A stretch of DNA of 64,000 nt, from contig OX638351.1 of assembly GCA_951813565.1 (NCBI GenBank), positions 2,240,001 through 2,304,000 on the forward strand, given 5' to 3'. Both the position numbers and the translations under genes were made by a program. The notes beneath the pieces were generated by a model that saw nothing but the letters and a program-made list of their open reading frames with translations, ran no database searches and was not told the DNA's origin. This stretch comes from an uncultured Poribacteria bacterium (GTDB lineage: Bacteria; Poribacteria; WGA-4E; WGA-3G). Numbering within the stretch: position 1 is the first letter of the stretch; each line of letters begins with the position of its first letter. Shown here piece by piece: positions 50,869 through 60,295 of the stretch.

Positions 50869-50963
50869 TACTTTACTCCAGCATTACTTCCGATTCCATT
50901 CGGTTTCGGTAGAGACCACCTCATGCGAGGTGGATGAAATTCTCTACCTGTAATGCTGAGAAT

Positions 50964-50993
50964 AGTATAACACACTTGGCACATAATTGTCAA
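50964..50993 (-). promoter_or_regulatory. sigma70 promoter for tnpB
   Basis: TTGACA-N18-TATACT with an extended TG. Confidence 0.65.
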
Positions 50994-51055
50994 GCAAAAA
51001 AAGAACGGGCATTCCTCCCCGACCTAAAGCAACGGGGTCTCCTGCCCGAAGATTG

Positions 51056-51541
51056 ATGAACATTGAACTTGAACAAATTTCAATTGATGAAAAACCTGTT
51101 CTCCGTAATCTGATGCAGTTTTGCTTTCACGATTATAGTGAATTTAATCATGAGGATGTTGGTCCTTATGGACTGTTCAACTATAAATATCTCGATTACT
51201 ATTGGACAGAGCCTGAGCGCTTTGCTTATTTTGTGAAAATTGATGGAAAATTGGCTGGGTTTGCGTTAGGTATGCACAACCGACCAGAAACCGGTGAGCG
51301 TATAAACATACTCGCTGAGTTCTTCATTCTGAGAAAATACCGACGAAAAGGAATAGGAATGAAAATTGCTCATCGACTCTTCGCGAAATATCCGGGCAAA
51401 TGGTCAGTTGTACAGGAAGCTGGCAATTTCCCCGCCCAAGCCTTTTGGAGAAAAGTTATTGATGAATATACAAAAGGCAATTTCACAGAAACCCAAGAGG
51501 AGAAGGGACCTGTTCAAGAGTTTGAAAGCCTGAAAAAATAG
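51056..51541 (+). CDS. GNAT acetyltransferase
   Basis: EFFILRKYRRKGIG and AQAFW. The native start MNIELE is at 51056; the longer ORF call runs into the IS end. Confidence 0.88.
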   Translation: MNIELEQISIDEKPVLRNLMQFCFHDYSEFNHEDVGPYGLFNYKYLDYYWTEPERFAYFVKIDGKLAGFALGMHNRPETGERINILAEFFILRKYRRKGIGMKIAHRLFAKYPGKWSVVQEAGNFPAQAFWRKVIDEYTKGNFTETQEEKGPVQEFESLKK

Positions 51542-51663
51542 GTTCGTCGGGAGATTCACTGTTATCAAACTGTTGGATAGAAATTGCACGTTCCAAGCAG
51601 GCGATTTTCATTGTGCACTAAGATTGTGTTGAAACAAATCTTTTCAACTAAGGAGGAAATACT

Positions 51664-54000
51664 ATGCAACGGAAAACAAATCAATATGGTATTCATATCA
51701 GAAAAGGATCCAATAGGCAGTTTCACTTGCTATACATCGGCTGCATGTTGCTCCTCACTTTCACTTCAGTGGGATTCGCTGATGAATTGGGACTCGTCAC
51801 TGAAGTGGAATTTCAACCTTTAGCGTCAGCAACGCAGCGGCTTATTGAAGCGTTAGATTATCTCGGTTCACCGCTGTCTGAAGACGACCTTACAGCAATC
51901 AAGAAAGCCTTGGTTTCTGAGGACAGAAAACAAGCAGTAATAGATATTCAGAAAATCCTTGATTCGTACTGTTTGGCCGGAGTCAATATCAATCCTGAGA
52001 GTCGTGTGAAAGTTAAGGAGGGGCAGGCAAATAAGGAACTGATGCAACAAGGTTGGCGAACCTTTTTAGTAAAAGTTCACAACGAGGCTGGTGTGACGGC
52101 ACCTTTAGCAGCAGACAGTAAAAATGCAGCACCACTTTACAAGCGTTCCACTGGAAGTCCTGAACCACAGGCAGCTATCCCCAAAAGCGACATTCCAAAT
52201 CGTTTTCTTGAAATTAGTGTTTTCTCTAAACCACCGCTAAAACCAGACCTTTCTGGCTTGGAATTGGAGTATCGAATCATTCAACTCTACAGTCGCGATG
52301 CTGGAAAACGAGAAGCGATAATCGGTTTCAATGTTGGTCAAGGAACACAGGACATTGGCTTCCGGAGCGAAGTGCCGATTCTATTCGGTTGTGTGCCCGC
52401 GGTAAAAGTAACTTTAGAAGTCTTGGATTTTGACGTGAAACCTACAACTGCAGCATTTGTAATTCGTGACGAATTGAATCGGGTGTATCCATCACGGGGA
52501 CGAAGATTAGCACCTGATTTCTTTTTTCATAATCAAATCTATCGACACAACGGTGAATCGGTCCTGTTGCCACCCGGCAAATACAGTGTTGAATACACAC
52601 GTGGACCTGAATATCGGATAAAGACAAAAACCATTAACGTCCCTAATGCCAAGACGCATCAAGAGACATTTCGTTTGGAAAGATGGATTCATATTGCGGC
52701 AGAAGGTTGGCGTTCAGGTGATCATCATGTACACGCAGCGGGTTGCGCGCATTATGAAAGCCCTACCGAGGGTGTGACACCTGAAGACATGATGCGACAT
52801 ATTCTCGGAGAGGACCTAAACGTAGGTTGTGTGCTCTCGTGGGGACCCTGTTGGTATTCTCAGAAGCAGTTCTTTGATGGTAAAGTTCATGAACTTTCTA
52901 CTGATGATTATGTGATGCGATACGATGTAGAGGTTTCGGGGTTTCCCTCATCGCACGCTGGACATCTCTCGTTGCTGGCACTCACTGAAGATGACTACAG
53001 CGGGACTAAACGCATTGAGGAGTGGCCGAGTTGGGACCTCCCCGTCCTTCAATGGGCAAAAGAACAGGGAGCAGTAACGGGCTTCAGTCACAGCGGTTGG
53101 GGTTTGAAAGTGGATGGAGACGATCTCCCAAATTACAATATGCCACCTTTTGATGGTATTGGCGCTAATGAGTACATTGTGGACGTTGTTCATGATGCTG
53201 TTGATTTCATCTCTACAGTAGACACACCTGCTGTTTGGGAACTGAATATCTGGTATCACACGCTCAATTGCGGTTTCCGCACCCGAATCAGCGGCGAGAC
53301 AGATTTTCCGTGTATTTATGGAGAACGTGTAGGACTCGGACGAATATATGTAAAATTGCCCGCCGGTGCCCTTGATTTCGACGCATGGGTGGCAGGATTG
53401 AAAGACGGTCGTTCTTATGTCGGAGATGGTAAAAGTCACCTGTTAGACTTCACTGTGGGTGGCGTACCGGTTGGAGAGGAGACAACAACCGGAGAGATTA
53501 GCCAGTTGAATTTGGAAGCACCCAGTAAAGTAACAATCACGGCTCGCGTCGCTGCACGACTTGATGAAACGCCGAACCTTGAGATAAAGAACCGCGCTTT
53601 GGATCAGCAGCCGTATTGGGACGTTGAGCGTGCGCGCATTGCGGAAAGTCAAAAGGTGCCTGTTGAACTCATTGTCAACGGTCAGGCAGTTGAAACACAG
53701 GAGATTGTCGCTGACGGTGAAGTCGTCCCCGTTCAATTTGAGACATCTATTGACAGATCGAGCTGGGTCGCCCTACGTATTTTCCCATCCTCCCATACAA
53801 ATCCGGTTTTTGTCATTGTAGACGGCAAACCGATCCGAGCAAGTCGCAGAAGTGCGCAATGGTGCTTAGATGCAGTGGAGGTTTGCTGGAACGAAAAGGT
53901 TGATCGCATCCGAGAAGAGGAACGCGATGCCGCTCGCAAGGCGTATGACGTAGCATCGCAGACATATCAAAAGATTCTTGAAGAATCTGATGTAGATTGA
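51664..54000 (+). CDS. CehA/McbA-like PHP-type metallohydrolase, exported
   Basis: SGDHHVH, SHAGH, SGETD and HTNPVFV, with an N-terminal hydrophobic segment and AAGGAGG RBS. Confidence 0.8.
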   Translation: MQRKTNQYGIHIRKGSNRQFHLLYIGCMLLLTFTSVGFADELGLVTEVEFQPLASATQRLIEALDYLGSPLSEDDLTAIKKALVSEDRKQAVIDIQKILDSYCLAGVNINPESRVKVKEGQANKELMQQGWRTFLVKVHNEAGVTAPLAADSKNAAPLYKRSTGSPEPQAAIPKSDIPNRFLEISVFSKPPLKPDLSGLELEYRIIQLYSRDAGKREAIIGFNVGQGTQDIGFRSEVPILFGCVPAVKVTLEVLDFDVKPTTAAFVIRDELNRVYPSRGRRLAPDFFFHNQIYRHNGESVLLPPGKYSVEYTRGPEYRIKTKTINVPNAKTHQETFRLERWIHIAAEGWRSGDHHVHAAGCAHYESPTEGVTPEDMMRHILGEDLNVGCVLSWGPCWYSQKQFFDGKVHELSTDDYVMRYDVEVSGFPSSHAGHLSLLALTEDDYSGTKRIEEWPSWDLPVLQWAKEQGAVTGFSHSGWGLKVDGDDLPNYNMPPFDGIGANEYIVDVVHDAVDFISTVDTPAVWELNIWYHTLNCGFRTRISGETDFPCIYGERVGLGRIYVKLPAGALDFDAWVAGLKDGRSYVGDGKSHLLDFTVGGVPVGEETTTGEISQLNLEAPSKVTITARVAARLDETPNLEIKNRALDQQPYWDVERARIAESQKVPVELIVNGQAVETQEIVADGEVVPVQFETSIDRSSWVALRIFPSSHTNPVFVIVDGKPIRASRRSAQWCLDAVEVCWNEKVDRIREEERDAARKAYDVASQTYQKILEESDVD

Positions 54001-54791
54001 ATAAACTTTTAAGGAGTAGTGTTATGAGGCTTATGCCCAAAGAGGTAGAACAATTCAGACGCGAAGGCTATCTCAAAATCGACAAACGAGTCATTGATGA
54101 CGAACACCTTACCGTGCTACGCGAACATTACGACGCGGTGTTTGCACAAAAACGCGGCACAATCGGCGAAGGGTTGCGTAATCTCGCAGTCGTCGGGGAC
54201 TCGGAAAGCTCTGAAGACATCGATTCTGCCGAAGAAATGTTACAGATCATGGAGATGTGGCGTTTTGATGAGGAATATCGGAAGTTACTCTACCACGAAC
54301 CACTGTTAGACATCGCTGAGAGTTTAATCGGCTCCGATATCCAGTTATTTCATGATCAGGCACTCTACAAACCCGCCTATCACGGCGGTGAAGTGTATTG
54401 GCATCAGGACAATGCGTACTGGCAATGCAAGCCGCCCAATCTTGTGAGCATCTGGATAGCACTCGATGATGCTGACCAGGAGAACGGTTGTATGAACGTT
54501 ATCCCTGGTAGTTATTCAGAAGGATTGGCGGCGCACGGACGTGCTGAGTCAGAAAAAGGTAAATTGCCCGCGTTGTTGCAGGTAGATGCTGATGTGGATC
54601 GTGCTGTCCCCGTGCCAGTTAAAGCCGGATGCGTGATGGTGCATCACTGCATGACACTCCACCAAACGAATCCGAACCGCTCATCCCGAGACCGTCGGGC
54701 ACTGGCTATCCACTATATGCCGTCTGGCACCCGAAATCGCGAGGGCGAAGTGATGAAAGATAACCTACTGTTACGCGGAGAATTGGCGTAA
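53997..54791 (+). CDS. PhyH-family Fe(II)/2OG dioxygenase
   Basis: WHQD...LHQT..N...RR. Confidence 0.9.
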   Translation: MNKLLRSSVMRLMPKEVEQFRREGYLKIDKRVIDDEHLTVLREHYDAVFAQKRGTIGEGLRNLAVVGDSESSEDIDSAEEMLQIMEMWRFDEEYRKLLYHEPLLDIAESLIGSDIQLFHDQALYKPAYHGGEVYWHQDNAYWQCKPPNLVSIWIALDDADQENGCMNVIPGSYSEGLAAHGRAESEKGKLPALLQVDADVDRAVPVPVKAGCVMVHHCMTLHQTNPNRSSRDRRALAIHYMPSGTRNREGEVMKDNLLLRGELA

Positions 54792-54893
54792 AGCAGATCG
54801 CTACTGTGGAATTTGACATTCGTCCAAGATTTTGATAGACTACAGCGTTAGAAGTTGACACAACACAAATATTTTCCCAAAAGGAGATAGGTT

Positions 54894-55214
54894 ATGTTTG
54901 TTATTATTGCACCGATTCAGATTAAGGAAGGCCATCGTAAAGAATTTATTGAAGCGATGTTGGACGATGCGAAAGGTTCAGTTCGTGATGAACCCGGTTG
55001 TCTGCGATTTGATGTAATTCAAGACGGTGCCGACGAAAATCGAATTTGGCTATATGAGATTTATGTTGACGAAGATGCATTCAAAGCACATCTACAAACA
55101 CCACACTTCATCAAGTGGCGGGATACCGTCAAAGACTGGTTCGCTGAGAGCGATTTTAAAGGCGCTGGCAGCGGAAGTTACAACATTTACCCGCCAGACG
55201 ACGATTGGAAGTAG
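54894..55214 (+). CDS. Antibiotic biosynthesis monooxygenase (ABM/LsrG-like) protein
   Basis: EPGCLRFDV, LYEIY and HLQTPHF. Confidence 0.88.
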   Translation: MFVIIAPIQIKEGHRKEFIEAMLDDAKGSVRDEPGCLRFDVIQDGADENRIWLYEIYVDEDAFKAHLQTPHFIKWRDTVKDWFAESDFKGAGSGSYNIYPPDDDWK

Positions 55215-55282
55215 GTATATATTGATAGTTGATTCGCTGTCCGTCAGATGTTTTAGCCGACATCTTAATATGGAGGTGTTAA

Positions 55283-56053
55283 GTGAGACTGATAGTTTCT
55301 TATATTTTGAGCGCGGCATTCATTTTGACATTCCCCTTTGTAAGTGTCGCGATTAAGGACGACGCAATGGTACTTTATCTCTCGTTTAATGAGGGAAAGG
55401 GAAAAGATGTAGAAGACCTGAGTGGCAAAGGAAACGATGGCACGATCGAAGGTGATGCCGAATGGGTGCAAAATGGAAAGATCGAATCAGCGGTGCGTTT
55501 CAATGAACAGGTTCAGCAAGGAGTCGTCGCTGTCAAGGCGTCTAATAGTTTGGCAATCACCAAGAGTTTAACGATGGAGGTATGGGTATATCCAGAGAGT
55601 ATTGGCGATTATCGGAATGTGCGCGGACAGGCAAATCCTCATACCTATTATCTGAGTATCCATCAAGGTAAACCGTCAGTATGGATTGGCAGCGGCGGTG
55701 CTGGCGGGAAAACATGGAATAGCGCAAAGAGCAGTATTCCGCTCAATAAATGGTCACATGTCGCCGCGGTTTACGAGTTCAATAAAGAACTTCGGTTTTA
55801 TATTAACGGCAAACTTGATCAGACCCATAAATTGGAAGGTGAAATTGCGACTTCTCAAGCAGATCACTGGTTCGGCAATCGTTTGGATGGTGCGTGGCCC
55901 TATAAGGGAATGCTTGATGAATTTGTCATCTATAACCGTGTCTTGACTGAAGCTGAGATTCAGCAAGATATGAATCAGGTCTTGAGTGTGTCGCCGTTGG
56001 AAAAAGCTGCAACGACCTGGGGCAGGCTCAAAAGAGATAGAAATGTTGACTAA
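55283..56053 (+). CDS. Secreted LamG-like jellyroll protein
   Basis: Signal peptide, WSHVAAVY, FYINGKL, LDEFVIYNRVL and C-terminal TTWGRLK. Confidence 0.88.
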   Translation: MRLIVSYILSAAFILTFPFVSVAIKDDAMVLYLSFNEGKGKDVEDLSGKGNDGTIEGDAEWVQNGKIESAVRFNEQVQQGVVAVKASNSLAITKSLTMEVWVYPESIGDYRNVRGQANPHTYYLSIHQGKPSVWIGSGGAGGKTWNSAKSSIPLNKWSHVAAVYEFNKELRFYINGKLDQTHKLEGEIATSQADHWFGNRLDGAWPYKGMLDEFVIYNRVLTEAEIQQDMNQVLSVSPLEKAATTWGRLKRDRNVD

Positions 56054-56756
56054 ACTGACTCCCAATCTGTTTACTTGGGCAGAAATTCACGGTGCAGCGC
56101 GGAATCAAGCATATAACTGGAATAGTTTTTTTGTGAACGACGAGAGCAACAGTATCCGAGTATTGATAGATCCACTTCCACTCTCAGAAAGTGAGATTCA
56201 GTGGCTTGACAAACTTGGTGGTCCAACACATTTAATGCTGACTTGTACGTATCATGAAAGATGTTTGACAAAATTCAAACAAAAATGGGGATGCGAGGTA
56301 TTGCTTCATGAAAATCAGGTGCAAGAAGCTGAATTTGCATTTGATAGGACATTCGTTGACAGAGATGTGCTTTGGGATCTCATTGAGGTCGTGCGTGTAC
56401 CGAATGTCCGTCATGGTGAGGAGGTCAGTTTCTACTTAAGACCTCACGGGGGCGCACTCATCTTTGGTGATTTGCTCAGTGGTGGTAGAAAAGACAAGGG
56501 TATTCCAGATGGACAGGTTGGAATTAACGCGCCTGAATATCTGGTGGATATCAACAAAGCACGCTTATCCCTCAGAATATTGCTACATTTTGAGTTTGAT
56601 CTTATGTGTTTCGGTCACGGATCGCCAGTTGCCCGTGGTGCTAAGGAAGTTTTGAAACACTTTATTGAGTGCGATGCCAAGTGGAAGGACCTGGCTCAAA
56701 AACGTGAGGACGGCTTTCGTTTAAACCCTGCACTTAGAAAACTTCACCACTCCTAA
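56043..56756 (+). CDS. Metallo-beta-lactamase-fold protein
   Basis: LIDP, IFGD and FGHG. The HxHxDH motif is degenerate (TCTYHER). Confidence 0.7.
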   Translation: MLTKLTPNLFTWAEIHGAARNQAYNWNSFFVNDESNSIRVLIDPLPLSESEIQWLDKLGGPTHLMLTCTYHERCLTKFKQKWGCEVLLHENQVQEAEFAFDRTFVDRDVLWDLIEVVRVPNVRHGEEVSFYLRPHGGALIFGDLLSGGRKDKGIPDGQVGINAPEYLVDINKARLSLRILLHFEFDLMCFGHGSPVARGAKEVLKHFIECDAKWKDLAQKREDGFRLNPALRKLHHS

Positions 56757-56804
56757 CACACGGATGCTATCTGATTTTAAAGATAGGAACATTAAGAAAA
56801 AAGT

Positions 56805-57509
56805 ATGTCGAATGTCAGATTCGCGCGTCCAGATGATGCGGAAGCAATCCACCAAATATTACAGGAAGTGTGGGGAGAATCGCTTCTCTTTGATGTGTTC
56901 ATAGATCACATTTCGTCGCCTGAACATCAAGTGTTTGTTGGAGTTGAGCCTGGCGAAATTGCCGGTTTTCTTTCCGCTTTTCTGATATCTAAACCAACAC
57001 CTCAATGGGAAATAGATCTTATTGTTGTAAATCCTACAAGTCAGGGAAAGGGTATTGGGACTTCTCTCATTCAGGAAGCATTAACCTATGGGTCAAATTT
57101 GGGAGCATATTGGGCAAAGGCATCAATCCGAGTCAATAACCATGCAAGCCAACGGGCATTTTGTAAGGCTGGTTTTACCACGGATTCTCAAGAGTATAGT
57201 CTTCTCCTTTGGGACTCTTTGATTTGTGAGTTCGCCACTCATGTGCCAGAGGCTGTCAGTCTTATACCTGTTGATACATTAACTTATCGTGGATTATGGA
57301 TTAGTGGATTTGTTGAGTCTCAGTTATCCATAAAGGAACAACACAATGTGATTCGTGCGGCGCAAAGTCACATTTTTCATGAGAATCGCTTAAACACAAG
57401 TATGTTTATCCCAGATAGCCTTAAACAGACAATTACGCCTGATTTATTAGCCTCCGCCGCTGATTACGGCCGATTCCACCACTGGCATTACAAATTTAAC
57501 AAAAAGTAA
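56805..57509 (+). CDS. GNAT acetyltransferase with C-terminal extension
   Basis: VNPTSQGKGIG and N..SQRAF.KAGF. Confidence 0.85.
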   Translation: MSNVRFARPDDAEAIHQILQEVWGESLLFDVFIDHISSPEHQVFVGVEPGEIAGFLSAFLISKPTPQWEIDLIVVNPTSQGKGIGTSLIQEALTYGSNLGAYWAKASIRVNNHASQRAFCKAGFTTDSQEYSLLLWDSLICEFATHVPEAVSLIPVDTLTYRGLWISGFVESQLSIKEQHNVIRAAQSHIFHENRLNTSMFIPDSLKQTITPDLLASAADYGRFHHWHYKFNKK

Positions 57510-57526
57510 GTAAGGGAGATATATTA

Positions 57527-58324
57527 ATGAGCAAATTAAGATTCGCATGTCATCTCATACAGTTTGGCGGAGAACAGCGAGAAAATCCAGAAAAAGTATT
57601 GCGCGAAGTAGCCGATGCCGGTTGGGAAGGGGTTGAAAGTGTTCCTGTTGAAGGGGCAGAAAGTCTTGTTGAAATGGCAACGTTTGCACGAAGTTTGGGA
57701 CTTCATATCGTCAACGCTGGCGGTGCTGGACTTGATAGGGTCCGTTTCAACATTACACTTGGCAACAATGCTGCCGAAGTTCCCGCACTACGTCGTGGGG
57801 AATGGGGTGGTGCAAATCCAAGCGATGCAGATATAGAAAACGCTGCCCGCACATTGGACGATATCCTTGCCTACTGCGATGCACACCACATCAAAGGCTT
57901 TCACCACGCGCATCTCGGCACCTTGATTGAGACAGTTGATGATGCAGAACGTCTCTTATCAGTAGCGCCAAGTCTCTGGCTGCTGTTTGATACAGGACAC
58001 ATGCTTGCTGCTGGTAGCGATCCGATGCAGGTTTTTGATAGCGAACTTTTGCGTAATCGGATTGGACATGTCCATCTCAAAGACTGTCATGCCGATGACC
58101 CTGAAACATGGGATTACAGGACACAACGTTTTGGGGAGAAAGCGCGTTTTGCTGAACTCGGTGCAGGCAACCTTGGACTTGATGTTAAAGCCGTGCTTGA
58201 AGGACTTGAATCAGTCGGTTATGATGGATGGGTGTCTGTTGAACTTGACCGTCCGTATCCACCACGCCCACCTGCCGAAGCTGCGGTAGTAAATAGAGAA
58301 TACTTGCGGAATTTAGGGTATTAA
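57527..58324 (+). CDS. Sugar phosphate isomerase/epimerase (IolE-like)
   Basis: HHAHLGT, FDTGH, HVHLKD and GYDGWVSVELD. Confidence 0.88.
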   Translation: MSKLRFACHLIQFGGEQRENPEKVLREVADAGWEGVESVPVEGAESLVEMATFARSLGLHIVNAGGAGLDRVRFNITLGNNAAEVPALRRGEWGGANPSDADIENAARTLDDILAYCDAHHIKGFHHAHLGTLIETVDDAERLLSVAPSLWLLFDTGHMLAAGSDPMQVFDSELLRNRIGHVHLKDCHADDPETWDYRTQRFGEKARFAELGAGNLGLDVKAVLEGLESVGYDGWVSVELDRPYPPRPPAEAAVVNREYLRNLGY

Positions 58325-58340
58325 ACGGAGGCACGCTACG

Positions 58341-59660
58341 ATGCTGAAGCGAATCAAAATTCAAGGCTACAAATCTCTTGCCGATGTTGAGGTGCATCTT
58401 GGGCACCTTGCTGTGCTTATCGGTCCTAACGCTTCCGGAAAGAGCAATTTTCTTGATGCTTTACAACTTCTGTCACGAATAGCGACCTACCAGACCTTGG
58501 ATGAAGCGTTTGAACCTCCGTATAGAGGGTATCCGCTGGAGTCCTTCACTTTTGGTGATGAAGGTATCAAGAGCCTCCTTCAAAAGGAGAGTGTGTCGTT
58601 CAGTATGGAAGTGGATGTTCAACTTTCCACTTCTGTTATTGAAGGTATCAATCAGCATATTCAGGAAATAAGGGAAACGGCGGTAAAAGGGACACAGAGT
58701 GCAGATAAACCTGTTTCAAAACGAGCCCTATCCGTGTCGGAAAAGAATCTGAGGTATCGTATTGAAATCGAAATGCTTCCCAAACAGGGTATTTTGCGTG
58801 TGACAGATGAATATCTTGCGGCCCTCAATGTGAAGGGGGAATTGAATAAGCGACGGAAGCCTTTCTTAGAACGCATCGGGAATCTGTTGCATTTGCGGAT
58901 GGAAGGACAGGCACATCCACTCTACTACAAGCGTTATCTTGACTATAGTATTCTTTCAAGGTCGCATTATCCACCCCACTATCCTCATTTGACTGCAATG
59001 CAGAAAGAGTTGGCAAACTGGCTTACTTTCTACCTTGAGCCAAGAGAGCAAATGCGACTCCCAAATCCAGTTAGATCAGTTCAAGATATTGGATTAATGG
59101 GGGAAGACCTCGCAGCCTTTCTGAATAACTTGCAAGCTCTTAATAAGCGACAATTTGAATCCATTGAGAAATCCCTCCATGCCATGATTCCATCTATAAC
59201 CGGAATTGATGTCAGTGTTAACGAATTAGGTGAAGTTGAATTGGATCTTCGTGAAGGTGAAAAAAATGTTTCCGCCCGGATTTTATCGGATGGCACGCTC
59301 AGGATTTTAGGACTCTTGGCACTCGTGGGAGGCGAAGAAACACCGACTTTAATCGGATTTGAAGAACCGGAAAACGGCGTCCCCCCGCGTCAGATTCGGC
59401 GCATCGCCAAATTTTTGGAAGCTCGTAGGCTTCTTGAACGCACCCAGTACATTGTAACAACGCATTCACCTATTTTACCCGATTTTATTCCCGTTGAATT
59501 CCTGCATGTTTGCCGTAAAATAAAAGGAAATACTGAGATTGAACCCTTTACAACACTTATGGCATCGATATGGCCAAAGTTAGATATTAAGGAAGCCTTG
59601 CAAGACGAAGATGAGTTATCTGTTTCCGAATTCATCTTACGAGGGGACTTAGATGCGTAA
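58341..59660 (+). CDS. ABC-type ATPase (AAA_15/AAA_21-like)
   Basis: GPNASGKS, LSDGT, FEEPENG and TTHSP. No membrane partner. Confidence 0.9.
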   Translation: MLKRIKIQGYKSLADVEVHLGHLAVLIGPNASGKSNFLDALQLLSRIATYQTLDEAFEPPYRGYPLESFTFGDEGIKSLLQKESVSFSMEVDVQLSTSVIEGINQHIQEIRETAVKGTQSADKPVSKRALSVSEKNLRYRIEIEMLPKQGILRVTDEYLAALNVKGELNKRRKPFLERIGNLLHLRMEGQAHPLYYKRYLDYSILSRSHYPPHYPHLTAMQKELANWLTFYLEPREQMRLPNPVRSVQDIGLMGEDLAAFLNNLQALNKRQFESIEKSLHAMIPSITGIDVSVNELGEVELDLREGEKNVSARILSDGTLRILGLLALVGGEETPTLIGFEEPENGVPPRQIRRIAKFLEARRLLERTQYIVTTHSPILPDFIPVEFLHVCRKIKGNTEIEPFTTLMASIWPKLDIKEALQDEDELSVSEFILRGDLDA

Positions 59661-60252
59661 TATTAGCCTATTTGTTGAAGATCAAGCCCACCAAGACTTT
59701 CTAACAGTCTTGACACAGCGATTTGCTGGGGAGTATAACGTCAAAATTAACATCAAGGCTTACAGTGTACGTGGTGGACATGGGCGGGTAATCAAAGAAC
59801 TCAGACAGTACCAACGGAATTTGCAACGCAATCGTGAGAATTTACCCCACCTCATCATCGTTGGAACAGATGGAAATTGCAAGAAACCTCCTGAACGAGA
59901 AAGAGAAATTAATCTTGTAATCTCCGAAGATTTTACGCATTTGGTTATTAGTGCAATTCCTGATCCGCATATTGAACGGTGGTTGCTCCTGGATTCGGCA
60001 GCATTCAGAAAAATTTTTGGAAAAGGTTGCCCAACTCCTGATCAAAAATGTGAACGAGATCGTTACAAGCGTCTCTTGCTAAACGCAATTTACGAAGCAG
60101 ACATAGATCCATCTTCAATCGGCCTTGAATATATAGCAGATCTCGTCAGCGAAATGAATCTCCAACGTATGGCGCAAACCGATAGTTCTATCGGTAGATT
60201 TTTAGGAGCATTGCAACGCCGGTTTAGAACTTGGCAGCAAATTAAGAATTGA
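59653..60252 (+). CDS. DUF4276/TOPRIM-like protein coupled to the ATPase
   Basis: LFVED, GTDGN and IERWLLLD. 8-bp overlap with the ATPase. Confidence 0.7.
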   Translation: MRNISLFVEDQAHQDFLTVLTQRFAGEYNVKINIKAYSVRGGHGRVIKELRQYQRNLQRNRENLPHLIIVGTDGNCKKPPEREREINLVISEDFTHLVISAIPDPHIERWLLLDSAAFRKIFGKGCPTPDQKCERDRYKRLLLNAIYEADIDPSSIGLEYIADLVSEMNLQRMAQTDSSIGRFLGALQRRFRTWQQIKN

Positions 60253-60295
60253 GGTTTCAGTCTCGGTGTCCGTTATGTTTCTCTGACAAAACACT

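Larger units (their letters stand above)
49669..51055 (-). mobile_element. IS200/IS605-family element with tnpB only (IS1341-like)
   Basis: Subterminal hairpins at about 51006-51047 (left end) and 49678-49699 (right end). TTCAT abuts the left end, the right end finishes in TGAC, and there is no tnpA. Confidence 0.85.

Noticed and set aside
49927..50937. 336-aa ORF antisense to tnpB
   Set aside because: It shadows tnpB on the opposite strand with no recognisable motif or RBS, so it is probably not a gene.
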